A DNA stretch of 64,000 nt. Source: Kudoa neothunni. Its lineage: Eukaryota > Animalia > Cnidaria. Under the pieces are notes generated by a model. The model saw only the letters and a program-made list of their open reading frames with translations, had not been told where the DNA came from and did not search any database. The position numbers were made by a program, and so were the translations under genes. Every line of letters begins with the position of its first letter. Position 1 is the first letter of the stretch. Of the stretch, positions 49,979 through 62,985 are shown piece after piece. The stretch covers positions 15,490,929 to 15,554,928 of the forward strand of contig OZ199838.1 of the NCBI GenBank assembly GCA_964304625.1, given 5' to 3'.

Positions 49979-52900
49979 TTTCGGTTCTTAATTAAAAAGG
50001 GCTTATTATTTGCAATAAGAATTATACAAACTAATGTAATTGTAGATATCAATAAGAACGGAAAAAGTAGATTAGGGACGATCCCTAAGAATGAATAGTA
50101 TTTCAATATACAATTGGCAGCTAACAAATAGTATTATATACGAAACTAAATCCTTGTTAACCTTATAGATAATTTTATTAAAGACAGATATTTTAAACTA
50201 AAAGTAGATCACTAGAAATCAATAAAAATTATTGGTTTCGAATTTTCGTTTCCAGAGTAATTCTAGATTAACCTATTGGTTGATCGAAGTATTTGTTTAT
50301 TAATTCTTCTAGGAATTTATAAACAGAACTGTCAACATACAGAAGTTTTATAATAAGTTTTTTCAATGTATTAATTGTCTGTAGACGTGTTATCATTTTT
50401 AGTACAAATATATTTTTGCATTGTGTATTTTATTGAAATATTTTAGTCCATTAAAATAAATTTGTTTTAAAAAATAATTTTCATTAAAATGTTGAGTAAT
50501 AAGTGATAAAAAAATTTGTTTAAAAATTCCTAAAAATAACTTTACATTGAGGAAAATATATATTATAATAAATGCGAATAATAAATTCTAAAACGTTAAT
50601 TGCTTTACCGATAGTGTATACAGCAGTATTTCCAGATCCTGGAACATATAGCTCAAATGTGGGTCATGGCATATTTAGGGTGAGTCTTTATAAATTTTTT
50701 GTCTAATTTGAACGGCGTAGGAAACGTGGATCCATGCAATGCGGAGCACTCTCGAGATAGAAAATTTAATTTTAACTTTTGGATTTGAGTTATATTGATC
50801 TAATACAAATATTACATTTAAGTTACATATAATTATTTTAAGAGTAACATTATATTTCAAGTTAGGAAATGATAAAAAATTTTCACAACATGCGATCTGA
50901 GATGATCATAAAGTGTTCCAATACGGCAATACTCATTATTTCGTTCAGTTGTTTTTATTGCACACGATTCAATATGTATATTAAAAATCTGACCGAGACT
51001 TGGGTTAATTTTTCTATCCATTAAATTTTACACACGTAATTGTTCATGTATTTCTTATCCCTGTTTAATTTCGTGATACATAGGGGTTTGACATTATAAG
51101 TTTCTCTATTTTTAATAAATTAATATTGAATAGAACTATTCCAAATATATCTAAGTGAAGCGAGCGTGTTTTGAAATAAGACTACGTGTCAAAATTAGTT
51201 ATTAATACTTGAAAATATTTTCAATTTCAGTTTACTCGACGGGTTCATAATCCTAACCGAAATATTGAAAGCACTAATCATTTGAAATTCTTTTACAGAA
51301 AGAATTAAATTAGATAATAATATAAATCTGTGTGAAATTAAATATTGCTATTGTACAAAATAATGTTCCTGTAGTTATTTCACGAAAATACATTCCGCAC
51401 GTTCCAAATTATCTTCTTTTTATCATCGCTATACGCAAATTTATTATACATAATAATCGAATAAAATTTTTAAATATTTTATGTAACAATAAAGAATTAT
51501 TAAAGAAATAAATTTAATTAATAAATAATTCGACCAAAAAAGACATCTTATAACACACAACATTAAAAAACTAATAAAAAATATATATATATATATAAAT
51601 CAATTGAAAACGAATAATTTTTAATAGCTTGAAAATGCATATTAGTTTTTCCCACGTGTTTTAAACGCATTTTTTTACTTTACACTAACGTATTTAATAA
51701 AGAAAACTGAATCGTTATTAAATCTGTTGAAAAGTAATGAATCGGAATCTTTTCATTACCCTCAAAATTAATAAATACTGAACCCCGAAATAATTTTACT
51801 TTAATAAAAAATTAACCTAAAAACGCAAATTTTTAAATCGTGGATAATACAACCTTATTATGTATATTATATTTGATGTTATCCCTGGATTAAATGATTT
51901 GTTTGCTTATATTTTGTTTGAATATTCTAAAATAATAGTTTTTTTATTAATGTTAATAAAAATATTTGTTATTAATTCTTTTTTTCATGTTAGAGCCAAA
52001 ATTTAAGAATAATATAATTAATGTTATCATTAACTAGATCTCTATTAAACTGGCGTTTTATTTGTTAATGTGATTACTCAAACCTTCATCAAAAAGTCAC
52101 TAGTATAACAACAATATTTAATACCTATTAATACTGATTTTTTGTATATTGAGTCGAACATTAGAAATAAAAATCTTTCAAAATATTAATTGATCTATTT
52201 AATTCAGATAGAATAGTATACTTAATATTAAAGGACTAATTTTTTATAATTTAAAGCAAAAATATTGATAATTTTAATAAATAATCTTCAAATTCTTGAA
52301 GTATTAAAGAGCATTGATATTAATTGATAAAAAGATATTTTCGAAAGAATTTGATTAAAATTTAAATTGACTGAACTAAATGAGATTGTGTTTAAATATT
52401 TTTATCTCATTTTATGAATTGAGGGAAGTTATTTGGGTATCGGTTTTTACGAGTGTTACTTCACACGCGTGATATGACGTGATGAGCGTGAAATGCATCA
52501 AGTATCACGTCTTTTAATCGAGCCCACCCTTTTTTGGAAACTATAAAAGCTAGAAAATTAGAATGAGGACAATAAACGATCGTACTTGATATAAAAAATT
52601 GTCGTTTTTATGAAAAGTAATGCACATAAAATCCTTTCTTCATCTTTAAATCCACTATGAATTTAAACTTAAATTAAATTTAAAAAAATTGTCGTAATTA
52701 TGTTAATTATTAGGATTGAGATTATATCGAACTGTGCTTTTGTAGTTGAAACTCGAAGGACCGCGGTTATCTCATTTTTACTTTAATTTATCCGTTTTTG
52801 AGTGTAACGAATACCACATTTATCATTTTGATAACATCATATGTCGTGCCACATCGCAACCACACTCTCGTTATCACGTTCACGCTTTTTAGGAATTCTA

Positions 52901-54029
52901 GAAATTATACATAAGAATATATTTTGCATTCGTTGTATTTGATACTGAAGAAAAATGTTATAAAATACTAATAGTTTCTATCTTTTTATGATGATAGTAT
53001 TGGGCCCTAAAAACCTAAATTCCTTAAAAGAACCAAAATAATTATTAATATTGTAAAATTATATCTAAACTACTAATTAAAATATGAGAGAATGGCGAAA
53101 ACTATTAAAAGCAAGAGTGATACGTCAATATAATACTGGCTTGAAAAAATCACCATAAAATTAGTGGTAAATAAATTTTTTAATTAATAACTTCAAAATA
53201 ATAATTATGACAACAAAATATAATTTTAATCATTAACGATTTTCATTATGTATAATACCGGATATAAGTATTATTATAAAATTAAAACTGTAAAACGTTA
53301 TATTCGATTGAACATTGATGATATTTGCGCGGATCACTGGTCTACCCCTTGAAAACCAAAATTGCTCAAAACAAAATTTATTAATGATGATAGAATACAA
53401 TGTATCCCAACCTTTTTTAGGTGTGACCTATATATTTTCAAACAAATATCCGGTGAGCCACGCAAATATTGTAAGTTTTTAATAGAATTAAAAGTTACGT
53501 TTTAAATTATATTTATATCCAGTATTATATATAATAGTTTAAATCGTATACTTTGTCATAATTATTTTTACTCTGTTAATCTAAAAATATTATTTAACAG
53601 TATTTTACTGGACTTTTGAAGTAATAATAATTTACTTGAAACCAATATTATTAAATCATAAAGGTACTCCTTTATTGATCTGTCTCATTAGGTTTTTAAT
53701 GATTTTCATGATATTCTCGCATTTTAATTATTTATAATTTAATTTTTCTGCCTGTAATATTTATTTTTAGTTATTTAAAAAAAACTTAGTTTTTAGGCTA
53801 AATGATATAATCAATGGAAATTTAAAAATTACCAGTATTTGTTGATTTTTTCCTCCATATCCAATGCAATTAACACTAGATATGTTTTAATTATAGCTTC
53901 TCTCTATCCATACAAAATATTAAGTAAAAAATTTAGCGTGCTTCTCTTAAATTCGATAAATTAAAATTTAACCTTCAATGACTTTCAGATAACGCGATTT
54001 CAGAATAATCTGGATTTCACTCTACTTCA

Positions 54030-54606
54030 CAGGGCGTCCGCCCGCTTGGGTTTTTCCCCTAGATCTTAGGATTTTTGTGGTCACCTTGGATTCTTGGTTT
54101 TTTTTATTTTACTTTAAAATCTTGGGTTTTTATTGAAAACCTGTAAACATTGAATAATAACACAAATATTATTATGTGCGACATTAATATTTATATTTTT
54201 AATAACGTATCCTACTCAGATTATATCGTTCAGGGTTTAAACATGTATGATATTGAACGACAGCACAATAGATTGTTTAACGTGACACGATTACACATTT
54301 GTTCAGTTAACGTTGTCGCACATTATTAGAAAATTTAACGTTATTTTAAAATATGCCTTGAACTACGAATTAATTAATTCATTGTGAGCATATTGATCTA
54401 TACTAGATATTAAGTTTGAATGAGTTTTTCCACCAATAAATTGCAATAATACGACGATAAATTTAAATTTAATATCTGTAGGCGTATTTGAAGACTCGAA
54501 AGATGATTAAAAACTTTAACAGAAATGATTCTATTTTTTTTGTTTTACTTTAGGCTAGCGTTTTTCTCGACCTTGGGTTTTTTCTAAAATCCCGCTGGCA
54601 GCCCTG
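54030..54606. mobile_element. hAT-like MITE
   Basis: CAGGGCGTCCG / CGCTGGCAGCCCTG termini; repeated CTTGGG(T)n subterminal motif, also seen at ~61141-61200; no clear TSD. Confidence 0.5.
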
Positions 54607-55347
54607 TACACGACGTTCTATTGACCCCTAGAAGCAGAATCTTCCCTGCCCTTCAAATACTTTCGGTTCCGCGTTCAAAATTAAAATGTGTTTACACTTT
54701 GATTGACAACTTTTATTCGTTTTTTTGAGTTTCAAGATAATAAATTTTTAATCTTTTATTTAAAGGAACACCAGACATTACACATTACGGAGTAACTCAT
54801 TTTTAATGATTCAACTCTAACCGTTAATCCCTGGTGTGTTTACTTTAAAAATAACCGTAGTAATCATGAACAATAGTGAGTATTTTAAAGCATTTTCAAA
54901 ACTTTCGTACAAAGAAAAATTAAAATTATTACTGATGGTAGACCTCCTCTAGAGCTTCCATAATTACAACAAAAGATAAATTGAATTACCAGAACATTCC
55001 AAACTATCTGGTACAACAAAAAAGAATAGATATATGGTTGTATTACGACAAATCAATTTTTTTTGTTCGTGCATACTTTTCTCAGCATCCCACGAAAGTG
55101 TCTGGGTGAATGAAGGGTATTATGACTTAAAAAACTTTTGACAGCTTCAAAACTCACGACGATCTAATACTGGGGTAAAATCGTTGAATGCTTACTCCCA
55201 GCAAATACCTACGCCATGTGTCTAATGTATATATACGTATATAACATTGTATTTATTGATGTATTAAATCCTATTGTTATACTCATTGAATACCAAGAGT
55301 TAAATCGAAATATGCAGTATAATCTGATTTACTCTCTGTACCACAAA

Positions 55348-58303
55348 ATGAAAACTCAGTTAGTCACAGTTAGTTTATTAATTGCATTTTCATGTAGTTT
55401 ATTTACATTATTTATTTTACTAAATTCCTGTAGATATTATTGGAAATCCTGCTGCTGAAAATAATCCAGCAGCCCAAACTCCTACAAAAATACTTTCATA
55501 TGACATTGTAGACGGCAAAATTCAATTGGTTTTGACTGGATCAGATTATATTAATATTGCGAAAAAATGCCTCATAAGAAAGGAGAAGGATGACGGAAAT
55601 GGATTTGATCAGATAGGTACTTGTGAGGGGAGAGAAGACGCTAGTGTGACTGACAGATGCATACGTGCTTGTGCAGGAAATAACAACAAAATAGAGTTTA
55701 ATGCGCTTTCACCCAGAAAAAAATTTATTTATGTTTTTTCCGGAGCGAGTGCTGGAACAATACAAGAGAGTAATACTGGTGGGGATGTTTTTGGACTTGC
55801 TATTCGTAATTTAAATAAAATTATTCATTTTCTTTAATAAAAATTAGCGCTATTGGTGAATCCAAAAATCACAATATCGATTGATGATAGTTCGAAAAAA
55901 TTAACACTTGCAGCTAAAACTTGTCCAAAAGTTGCCTGCCCCATTTTTTATAAAGGTATTCAATATGCGGCCGGCACAGGACAGGGAAATTGTGATACTG
56001 ATAACAGCGATAACAAAGTTGATTTTGACCTCATGATTCCTTACTATGAGATGATATGCACGAATTACCCGAGTTTCTTCTATCAAATGCCAAATCCGTA
56101 CATGAAAGAAAATATTGACATCTACAAACCACAATACTACGTTACTTACAAAAAAGATGACGCTGATAAGAAAAATTATATCCTGAAATTCACCAACTCA
56201 TTTCCTTCCGAAATATGTTTATTCAGTATTAAAGACGCTTCAAGTGCTGCTACAGAATCCACAAAGAATTATGCATCAGTGTGCGGAGGAGGAACTGATA
56301 AAAAGTGTTTTGCACCTTGTGATACTGTTGAATTAACACTAGCTGAGTCTAAACCAATCGTCGAAATATTAATTCAGACTAGACATCATAATTTACAAGG
56401 AAACAATGCAAAAATTGAAGGTTATGAAGAGAAAAAATATGGTATGATTTTTACTATGAAAACTTAGATATTTATTTATTATAGTTATCGAAGAGTCTGA
56501 CGATCCGAATACACTTTTAAGTGCGCAAACGGATGTAGGGATTACACTTGACCGGTCTGCATACAATCCAGCTTCTACCACACCAAAATTTGGTACGTGT
56601 TCATTAAAACATTTACCCGCCGATAAACTCAGGAAACCCGATGGAGAAACAACAAAATGCACTGATGGCGCTGGTTGTGGCACTACATGTTCAACACGTT
56701 CTGTTATACAGGACCTAACTGCGGGGAAAGCATATATAATTGAGATTACTCCGGCCGATCTTGGTACTAATTATGCAAATTTTAAAGAATACCTATTTTT
56801 CAGAACAAGTAAGAGAAATATTCATGCCGCTTATTGAATTATTCTTAGAAGAATCTAGTTCATCAAGCTTTGCTGCCACAGTTCCTATAGCAACTGACGT
56901 GACTGCTGCAATTAAAGCGGTTGAAGGTGAGGTTGGATCAGAAACAACTGAACCGACCTGCTCCTATTACGTCAGTATAAAAGATAAAAACACGTTTGTA
57001 GAAGCACAATGTGAAGACAGCAATCCATGTAGAGGATTTTGTAAAGACACCAAGAACTTGATAAATCTAAACCCTAAAACAAACTACGATATTAAAGTTG
57101 TTTCACACAAAGACTACGGAACCAAACTATTTGAAAATATTTCAACTAGTAAAATAATTTTAATTTAAGCTAATATAAATTATATTCTTTAGCTTGGTCA
57201 ACCATGACCCTTTCCCAAAGATTCCTAGATAAAGGGTTTAAAGTGGCTGGAACTTTGACATCCGTTTATCCACAAGCAACATGTCACTATAAAATAAGAG
57301 AAAAAAACGGAGACACTCTAAAAGATGTTTATTCCTGTCCAGAAGTTGTCCCTCCGCCGCCGTCTGTCAGTCCAGCCACTGAAGATATTTCTGATGCTCC
57401 TCCTTCACCTACTCAAACTCAGGAAACGACAGAATCAAGGCCGGTCAGCGTTTCAAGATTGCGTGGAATAAAAATAGCAAGAGCAGTTAATGCAGAAGAA
57501 GAGAATTCGACATCCACTGAGCCCGCCATTACTCAATCTAAGTTTCCACCATGCAGCAAACCACCACTCTGCAGCAATATAATAATTAGTGATGGTTATG
57601 AGGCTAATAAAGAATACCAAGTATTGGTGACGGCTGTAGGTCGTTCAGAGGAAGTTACAATCAATATTCCTAAAAGTACTATAACAAAATTAATACAGAT
57701 ATTTTCTAAATTGTCATATAAATATAGATTCACTCCCAGAACTATCCCAAGATACGAACAAACAAATTACGGTAGTTATAGAGAGAGTAGGAGATACGTT
57801 AAAAATCACGTCATTGCTTCCAAAAGAAAAGGATGATAATTCAGTATGTCGATGGATACTGAGAGACATCACTGATGTTTCCCAACGAATAGTGAAAAAA
57901 TGTGATTCCAGTAGAAGTAAAGTTTGCAAACTTCCAACTTGCAAATCATTTACTATCAAAGAGGTAAGTGATACCAATGATTATCATTTAACGCTTATTC
58001 ACTCCCGAGATTCCAATGTTAAAGGTGTTGGAATAATAAAACGAGGTAACTAACAATTCATAATAATAATTATTATTATTATTATAATTAATAATTTAGG
58101 AGAAACTTCGAATCAATCCAGGTAAAACTAATAAAATAATGTTTAATGTAATATATTTCTAGGGCGAGCACCTCAATGTATTAAATTTTGAGTTGATATG
58201 TTGGAATAAGTTTTCATTTAGGATTGTTGGAATCATTGTTCCAGTCGCTATTGTTATTGTAGGGGTTGGATTTTACTTTGGTTATATGAAGAATAAAGGA
58301 TAA
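55348..58303 (+). CDS. Unrecognised surface protein B, paralog of A: signal peptide, ~7 Cys-rich FN3-like modules, TM, 5-aa tail; 10 exons
   Basis: Spliced ORF MKTQLVTVSLLIAFSY...; modules with NLNPKTNYDIKV, QDLTAGKAYIIEI and GYEANKEYQVLV; micro-exons of 22 and 15 nt; ends IVGIIVPVAIVIVGVGFYFGYMKNKG*. Confidence 0.82.
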
Positions 58304-59774
58304 CATTGATTAACTCAGTTAAACATTTGGAACATTTACATTATTTCTTATTAGTTTATAATTTTATAATTGAATATATTATAAATATTTGTAAATTCAT
58401 TTACCAATAATTATCCATTTTATTTGAAATATTGCTAAATCAAGATTTGATATTAGTTGAAATCCATCAAAAAGTAAAATATAAATTGATGGAGATATTT
58501 AAATTTCTTCTCGTTTAAATCCGTAGGAAATTTTTAGGAAAGATATCGATCAATATTTAATTCATATGTAGATTGAGTATTTATCAATAAGAAAATTTAC
58601 GTTATTTTTTATTATTTTTGATATATTAATTAGATTTTAAATTATTTCAAAAAAATTACCGTTCATAAAGATACAATTTCTATGGAGGATTTTAATTTTA
58701 AATCAATGACTCAAATATCTATTTTTTCGCTAATTGGACAGAATAATATCAATTAGCCGTTGTTTTTATCTAGTTTGAAGCGATCTGCATTGTATGCTTA
58801 GTTAAACCTATCCAGAAAAAATAGTTCGTTGTATACGTCTATCTTTATTAGAAAATAACATTTTAACCGTATCTCCTCCGCGATTTGTGTGATAATCATA
58901 TATAAAATAACCGATTAATTCATAAATTTCTTCAGAAACAATATCTTTACGTTTATATTCAGATTGGTTCCCGTTTACTTCTTAGAATTTGTAAAACATT
59001 TATAACCTTCTAACTTAAATGTTCTAAATACAATCCGATCTAGTATCTACCGCGGAAAATGAGGTTCATTTTGACCCCAATTTACTTTGAAGGTTTCGAA
59101 TTGCACAAATACACTGAACTCATAATTAAATATATTAAAACATATTATTAAGAGATTAATACATAATAGTTAAAATGTAAAAGTGTGAGCCCTGTTGACA
59201 AGCAAATTTTTGAAAAATATGCGTCATAATTTCGTTTCGAGTCTATACGAACCCAGTTTTACTTACTAAGTTAATTATCATCAAAAAAATGTTGAAAATA
59301 ATATATTGTAATTTTAGTTCATTTTGCCATATAAGGGGTCAATCAGACTCACAAATACTCTTATAATGGGTAGTCATATTTATTTTTTCTGGTTCTATTG
59401 AGTTAAACTTTAATATTTACTAATAAGGGATTATTTTAAAAAAATTAACGCTTTATTACCTTCATAATCATAAATCCTTGGATTCGTTCAAATATAAACA
59501 AAATAAGGGTCATTGTTTTTGCTTAAAATAGATTTTAGTCCTCGAACTTTTAAAATTCGAAATCCTTCGAAAATGTTGAAATAATTAGTAACTGGAGAGA
59601 AATTGATATTTTTTTGTTGAATGGATCGATTTAGAAAAAATGAATTGTGAATTATACTGTGAATATTTAGAAGAAAAATTTTCTCAATAAATACAATTTG
59701 CGAGGAAATAAAGTCAAAGAAACATAATTAATTAAAAAAGACATTTCAAGACACTTCAGCAACTATTTTTTTAA

Positions 59775-59990
59775 CCTTCCAAGTGTCTTTGAGGTCCAAT
59801 GAACCCAATGGATGTTTGAATCAATTTTAGAGAATCTAATTTTACATCTGTGAATTAAAGATCATATCTATTATCCTGAAAATATCAGTTCTGTTAAAAT
59901 ATTACAGAAAATTTGAATTTGTACGTTCAGGTCACGAAGTAATCAAAATACTTACGCATTCCTTCTTTTTGGTTTCAATGGGCCCACGTT
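59775..59990 (+). mobile_element. piggyBac 5' terminus related to the 14319-16581 family; other end not identified
   Basis: TTAA|CCTTCCAAGTGTCTTTGAGGTCCAATGAACCCAA matches the reverse complement of the end at 16581 (CCTTCCTAGTGTCTTTGGG); degenerate internal box ~190 bp inside. Confidence 0.6.
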
Positions 59991-61818
59991 TTTTTTTTCT
60001 ATCAAACAAGAAAGAAAAATATGTTAAACAAATTTTGAGAATTAAATAAAACTTTATAGAGAAGAAGAAAAGATAATTTTAAACAACTATGTGTATGTCA
60101 AATACTGATCATTACAGACGAGCGAAATGCTGCCATAAATGATTCTTAGTGTAATGTTTTGAATGAAGTTGAATCCGAAATCAATGAATTTTATGATAAC
60201 TTTTGATAATTTTATTACTAACGTCATTCCAATGTTCTTGAAGGTAATAAAGGCTATTGAATAATATACGAAGATAAGGATGATGTGAATTGATTTTCTG
60301 AGGAACTTCAAATAACTAAAAGCTCTAAAAAAATATTTTTCAAAACTTCAAGGTTCACGTTCCTACACTTCAAACAGAATCAACTCCTAAACTGATACAC
60401 TCCTCATATTTTATGGCAAGTCTTTTTCTCAACTGTTATTTCAAATACTAACAACTTTGACAATTATAATTATCAGCATTTTTTGAAGACTTGGCAAACC
60501 AACAGTCATTGGTTTATATTAGAATCTTTGTCTATATGTTAATTTTCAGATCTAAATTATTATCACTCAAATTTCTTTGTCGCGAGTGATGTTGTTATTG
60601 TTCAAGATCTCGAGAGAGAAAAACGAGGAATTTTTTATGTTTGTAGAATCAGTTGTGATAAAATCTATTCAAAAGTTTTTTTCGTGGTATATTGTAACAT
60701 TAAAAACTAAAATAATATAAATATCTCGCATTTTATCTATTTTGAAACAATATGTATTGCGGATTTTATTGGGCGTGACTATTAAGAAATTAATTATGGA
60801 GTGAACAGTCTTTAAGACTTCGTTAATGCGGAATGATATATATTTTTATTAAAACCCATTAAATTAAAAAATAACTCCCACCCAAGTTTTACCGGAGGCA
60901 AAGATTGATAATCGCACTCACACTAGAATTTCTTGTTATTTAGTCTTTTTGTAGGGTAAAAATGTTGTCATTTAATAACTTCATGTATTGTTCAATTATA
61001 TTATAGATTTTCTTACTTTTAATGTATAATTGATGTACTCAGATAGATCAGTTGACACGTAAACATATCTTTTTTTTCTCAATGATATGTGTTGTCATTT
61101 GTTGTTTTGTGTGTTCATTATAAAATATGATGGTGTCTAAACCTTGGATTTTCCCCCAAGATCTTGGGATTTTTCTTCTAACCATGTATTCTTGGGGGCT
61201 TTTTGTTTATTTACAAAACTTTTAAATTATTGACTTCTTTGAGATGAGTTTATAAATAATATATTTAAGAATTCAGTAGAATAATCATATTTATTGTTTT
61301 AGTAATGGAGAGAATTAATATTATTCAAAATTCTAAAAGGATATCACGATCGTCGGAAACACAATGTTGTTCAATTTTTTAATAATTATTATTTGATCAA
61401 TTATTCTTATTATTCTGTGATTGTATTTGGATATTTCAACGCTGTCTTAAAATTTTCTAGTTTTTTTAATAACATATTTTGAAGTTACTGGCGTATATTT
61501 CTTTAAAATATGGGTGAAATTTCAAACAGATAAAAAAAGAGCGTGGGATAACATGTGCTCCAATCAGGATTGGTTAAAAGTAGACTTTAAATATTGGCTT
61601 GATTAATATGCTAATGAAATACATGAATAGTTACGTGTCTAAAATTTAATGAATAGAAAGATTAAATCGCATCTATGTCTGATTTTTATTTAAATTAATT
61701 TTCGTTTGTACCAAGAACGAACGAATCAACAAAAGAATGAGTATTGCCAGATTAGAAAACGTGTTGACCATTTCAGGTCGTTTGGTGAGTTAAGTTTTTT
61801 ATATTTTCCCACCTTGAT

Positions 61819-62985
61819 CAGCTTTGCTAACTGTGTCCATTTTTTTCACTCTTGCTCTTCGAATGACTGAATAATCGCAAAATTAGATTTCAAAAGTAAG
61901 AAGTTATTGCAACTTTACAAAAAATAGAAAATAATCGATGTTTATTTCATTACGAGAAACCTTCGAATAGATAATTTTCTATTTGGACAAATGCAATACT
62001 TCAAATTAAATTATCTACAGTAGAAGTTTAGAATAGGTAAGTTACAACAATACATTTAATAATCAATTCTTAAAGCCCCCATATCAAACTTGAGACAATA
62101 AAGTTGCCAAAATTTTATGAAAATAAATATATTTTAAATGTTATGCTCGAGTTGAGATCAACATTTTGGATCATTTTTCATCCTTTTTAGCGATAAGACA
62201 GTTTATAATGACCATGGACCATTTTGGAATTATCACGATGAGTGTTATGTACGTTGGAATTCTGAATGCTTGAATTTTAAAAAACGGCTCTCATGTTGGG
62301 TATATCCAATGCTAAGCTATGATTAAGAATGTATGTTATCAATTTTTAAACAATTTTTTAATAAATATTATCTACTTGATTATTTCAGTTAATTTGAATG
62401 AATGAAAAGTCGTTCATAAAAATAAAACCTCATTTAAGTATAGTTATTATATTTTATTCAGAAATCGAACGGAAGACAGGAAAGAATTGTTTGTAATTAC
62501 AGGCATGGGAAAAGCTCAAAAAAAGTTTATTCAACCTTCCCAGGCGCCTGAAGATCGACTTTACACATTCATTCTTTTGGAATCCAATGGACTCCAAAGA
62601 CGCTCGGGAGATTAATAAATTATCAATAATCGCTTCTTTGAGGATTGTTTATAGGCAAAGTAATTTTAATTCCATCCGAAAATATGGCACATCTTTACTA
62701 TAACTAATTATGATTAACGCTTTTCCAAAAAAGAGCATTTCTTTCCTGGAAATATCGAAAACATCAGAAGAAATAGAATGTTGTGCTCTACGTTAGATGA
62801 TCTTGGTTCGAATGAGGAAATTTTTCAACACATCGATCAAATGATGTCATAAATTTGAATTTTCTGAGTTAATTATAAATTAACATAATATTTTTACATA
62901 AAAAAATTAAATATTAGTTCTGTTTTTACAAACAATTCTGATATGTCCGATTTTGCGGGATATCCGATTTGGGTTGGAAAGGCTG
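61819..62985. mobile_element. Second, inverted and more diverged copy of the hAT element at 8608-9616
   Basis: Ends CAGCTTTGCTAACTGTGTCC and CCGATTTGGGTTGGAAAGGCTG; long colinear identity with the reverse complement of 8608-9616 (e.g. TTCCTGGAAATATC..CATCAGAAGAAA); TSD matches 5/8. Confidence 0.85.
62535..62611. mobile_element. 77-bp micro piggyBac derivative inserted in the hAT copy
   Basis: TCAA|CCTTCCCAGGCG...CGCTCGGGAGA|TTAA with one central palindromic box; absent from the paralogous hAT copy at ~8865-8875. Confidence 0.7.

Noticed and set aside
50640-50780. Faint RTE/L2 LINE C-terminal similarity (RVLRIAWIHV)
   Set aside because: Too short and degenerate to support without a search.
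52441-53470. CG-containing short motifs (GAGTGATACGTGA, TCACG) and Charlie-like termini (17520, 53398, 63175)
   Set aside because: Probably old MITE debris; no paired TIR or TSD could be established.
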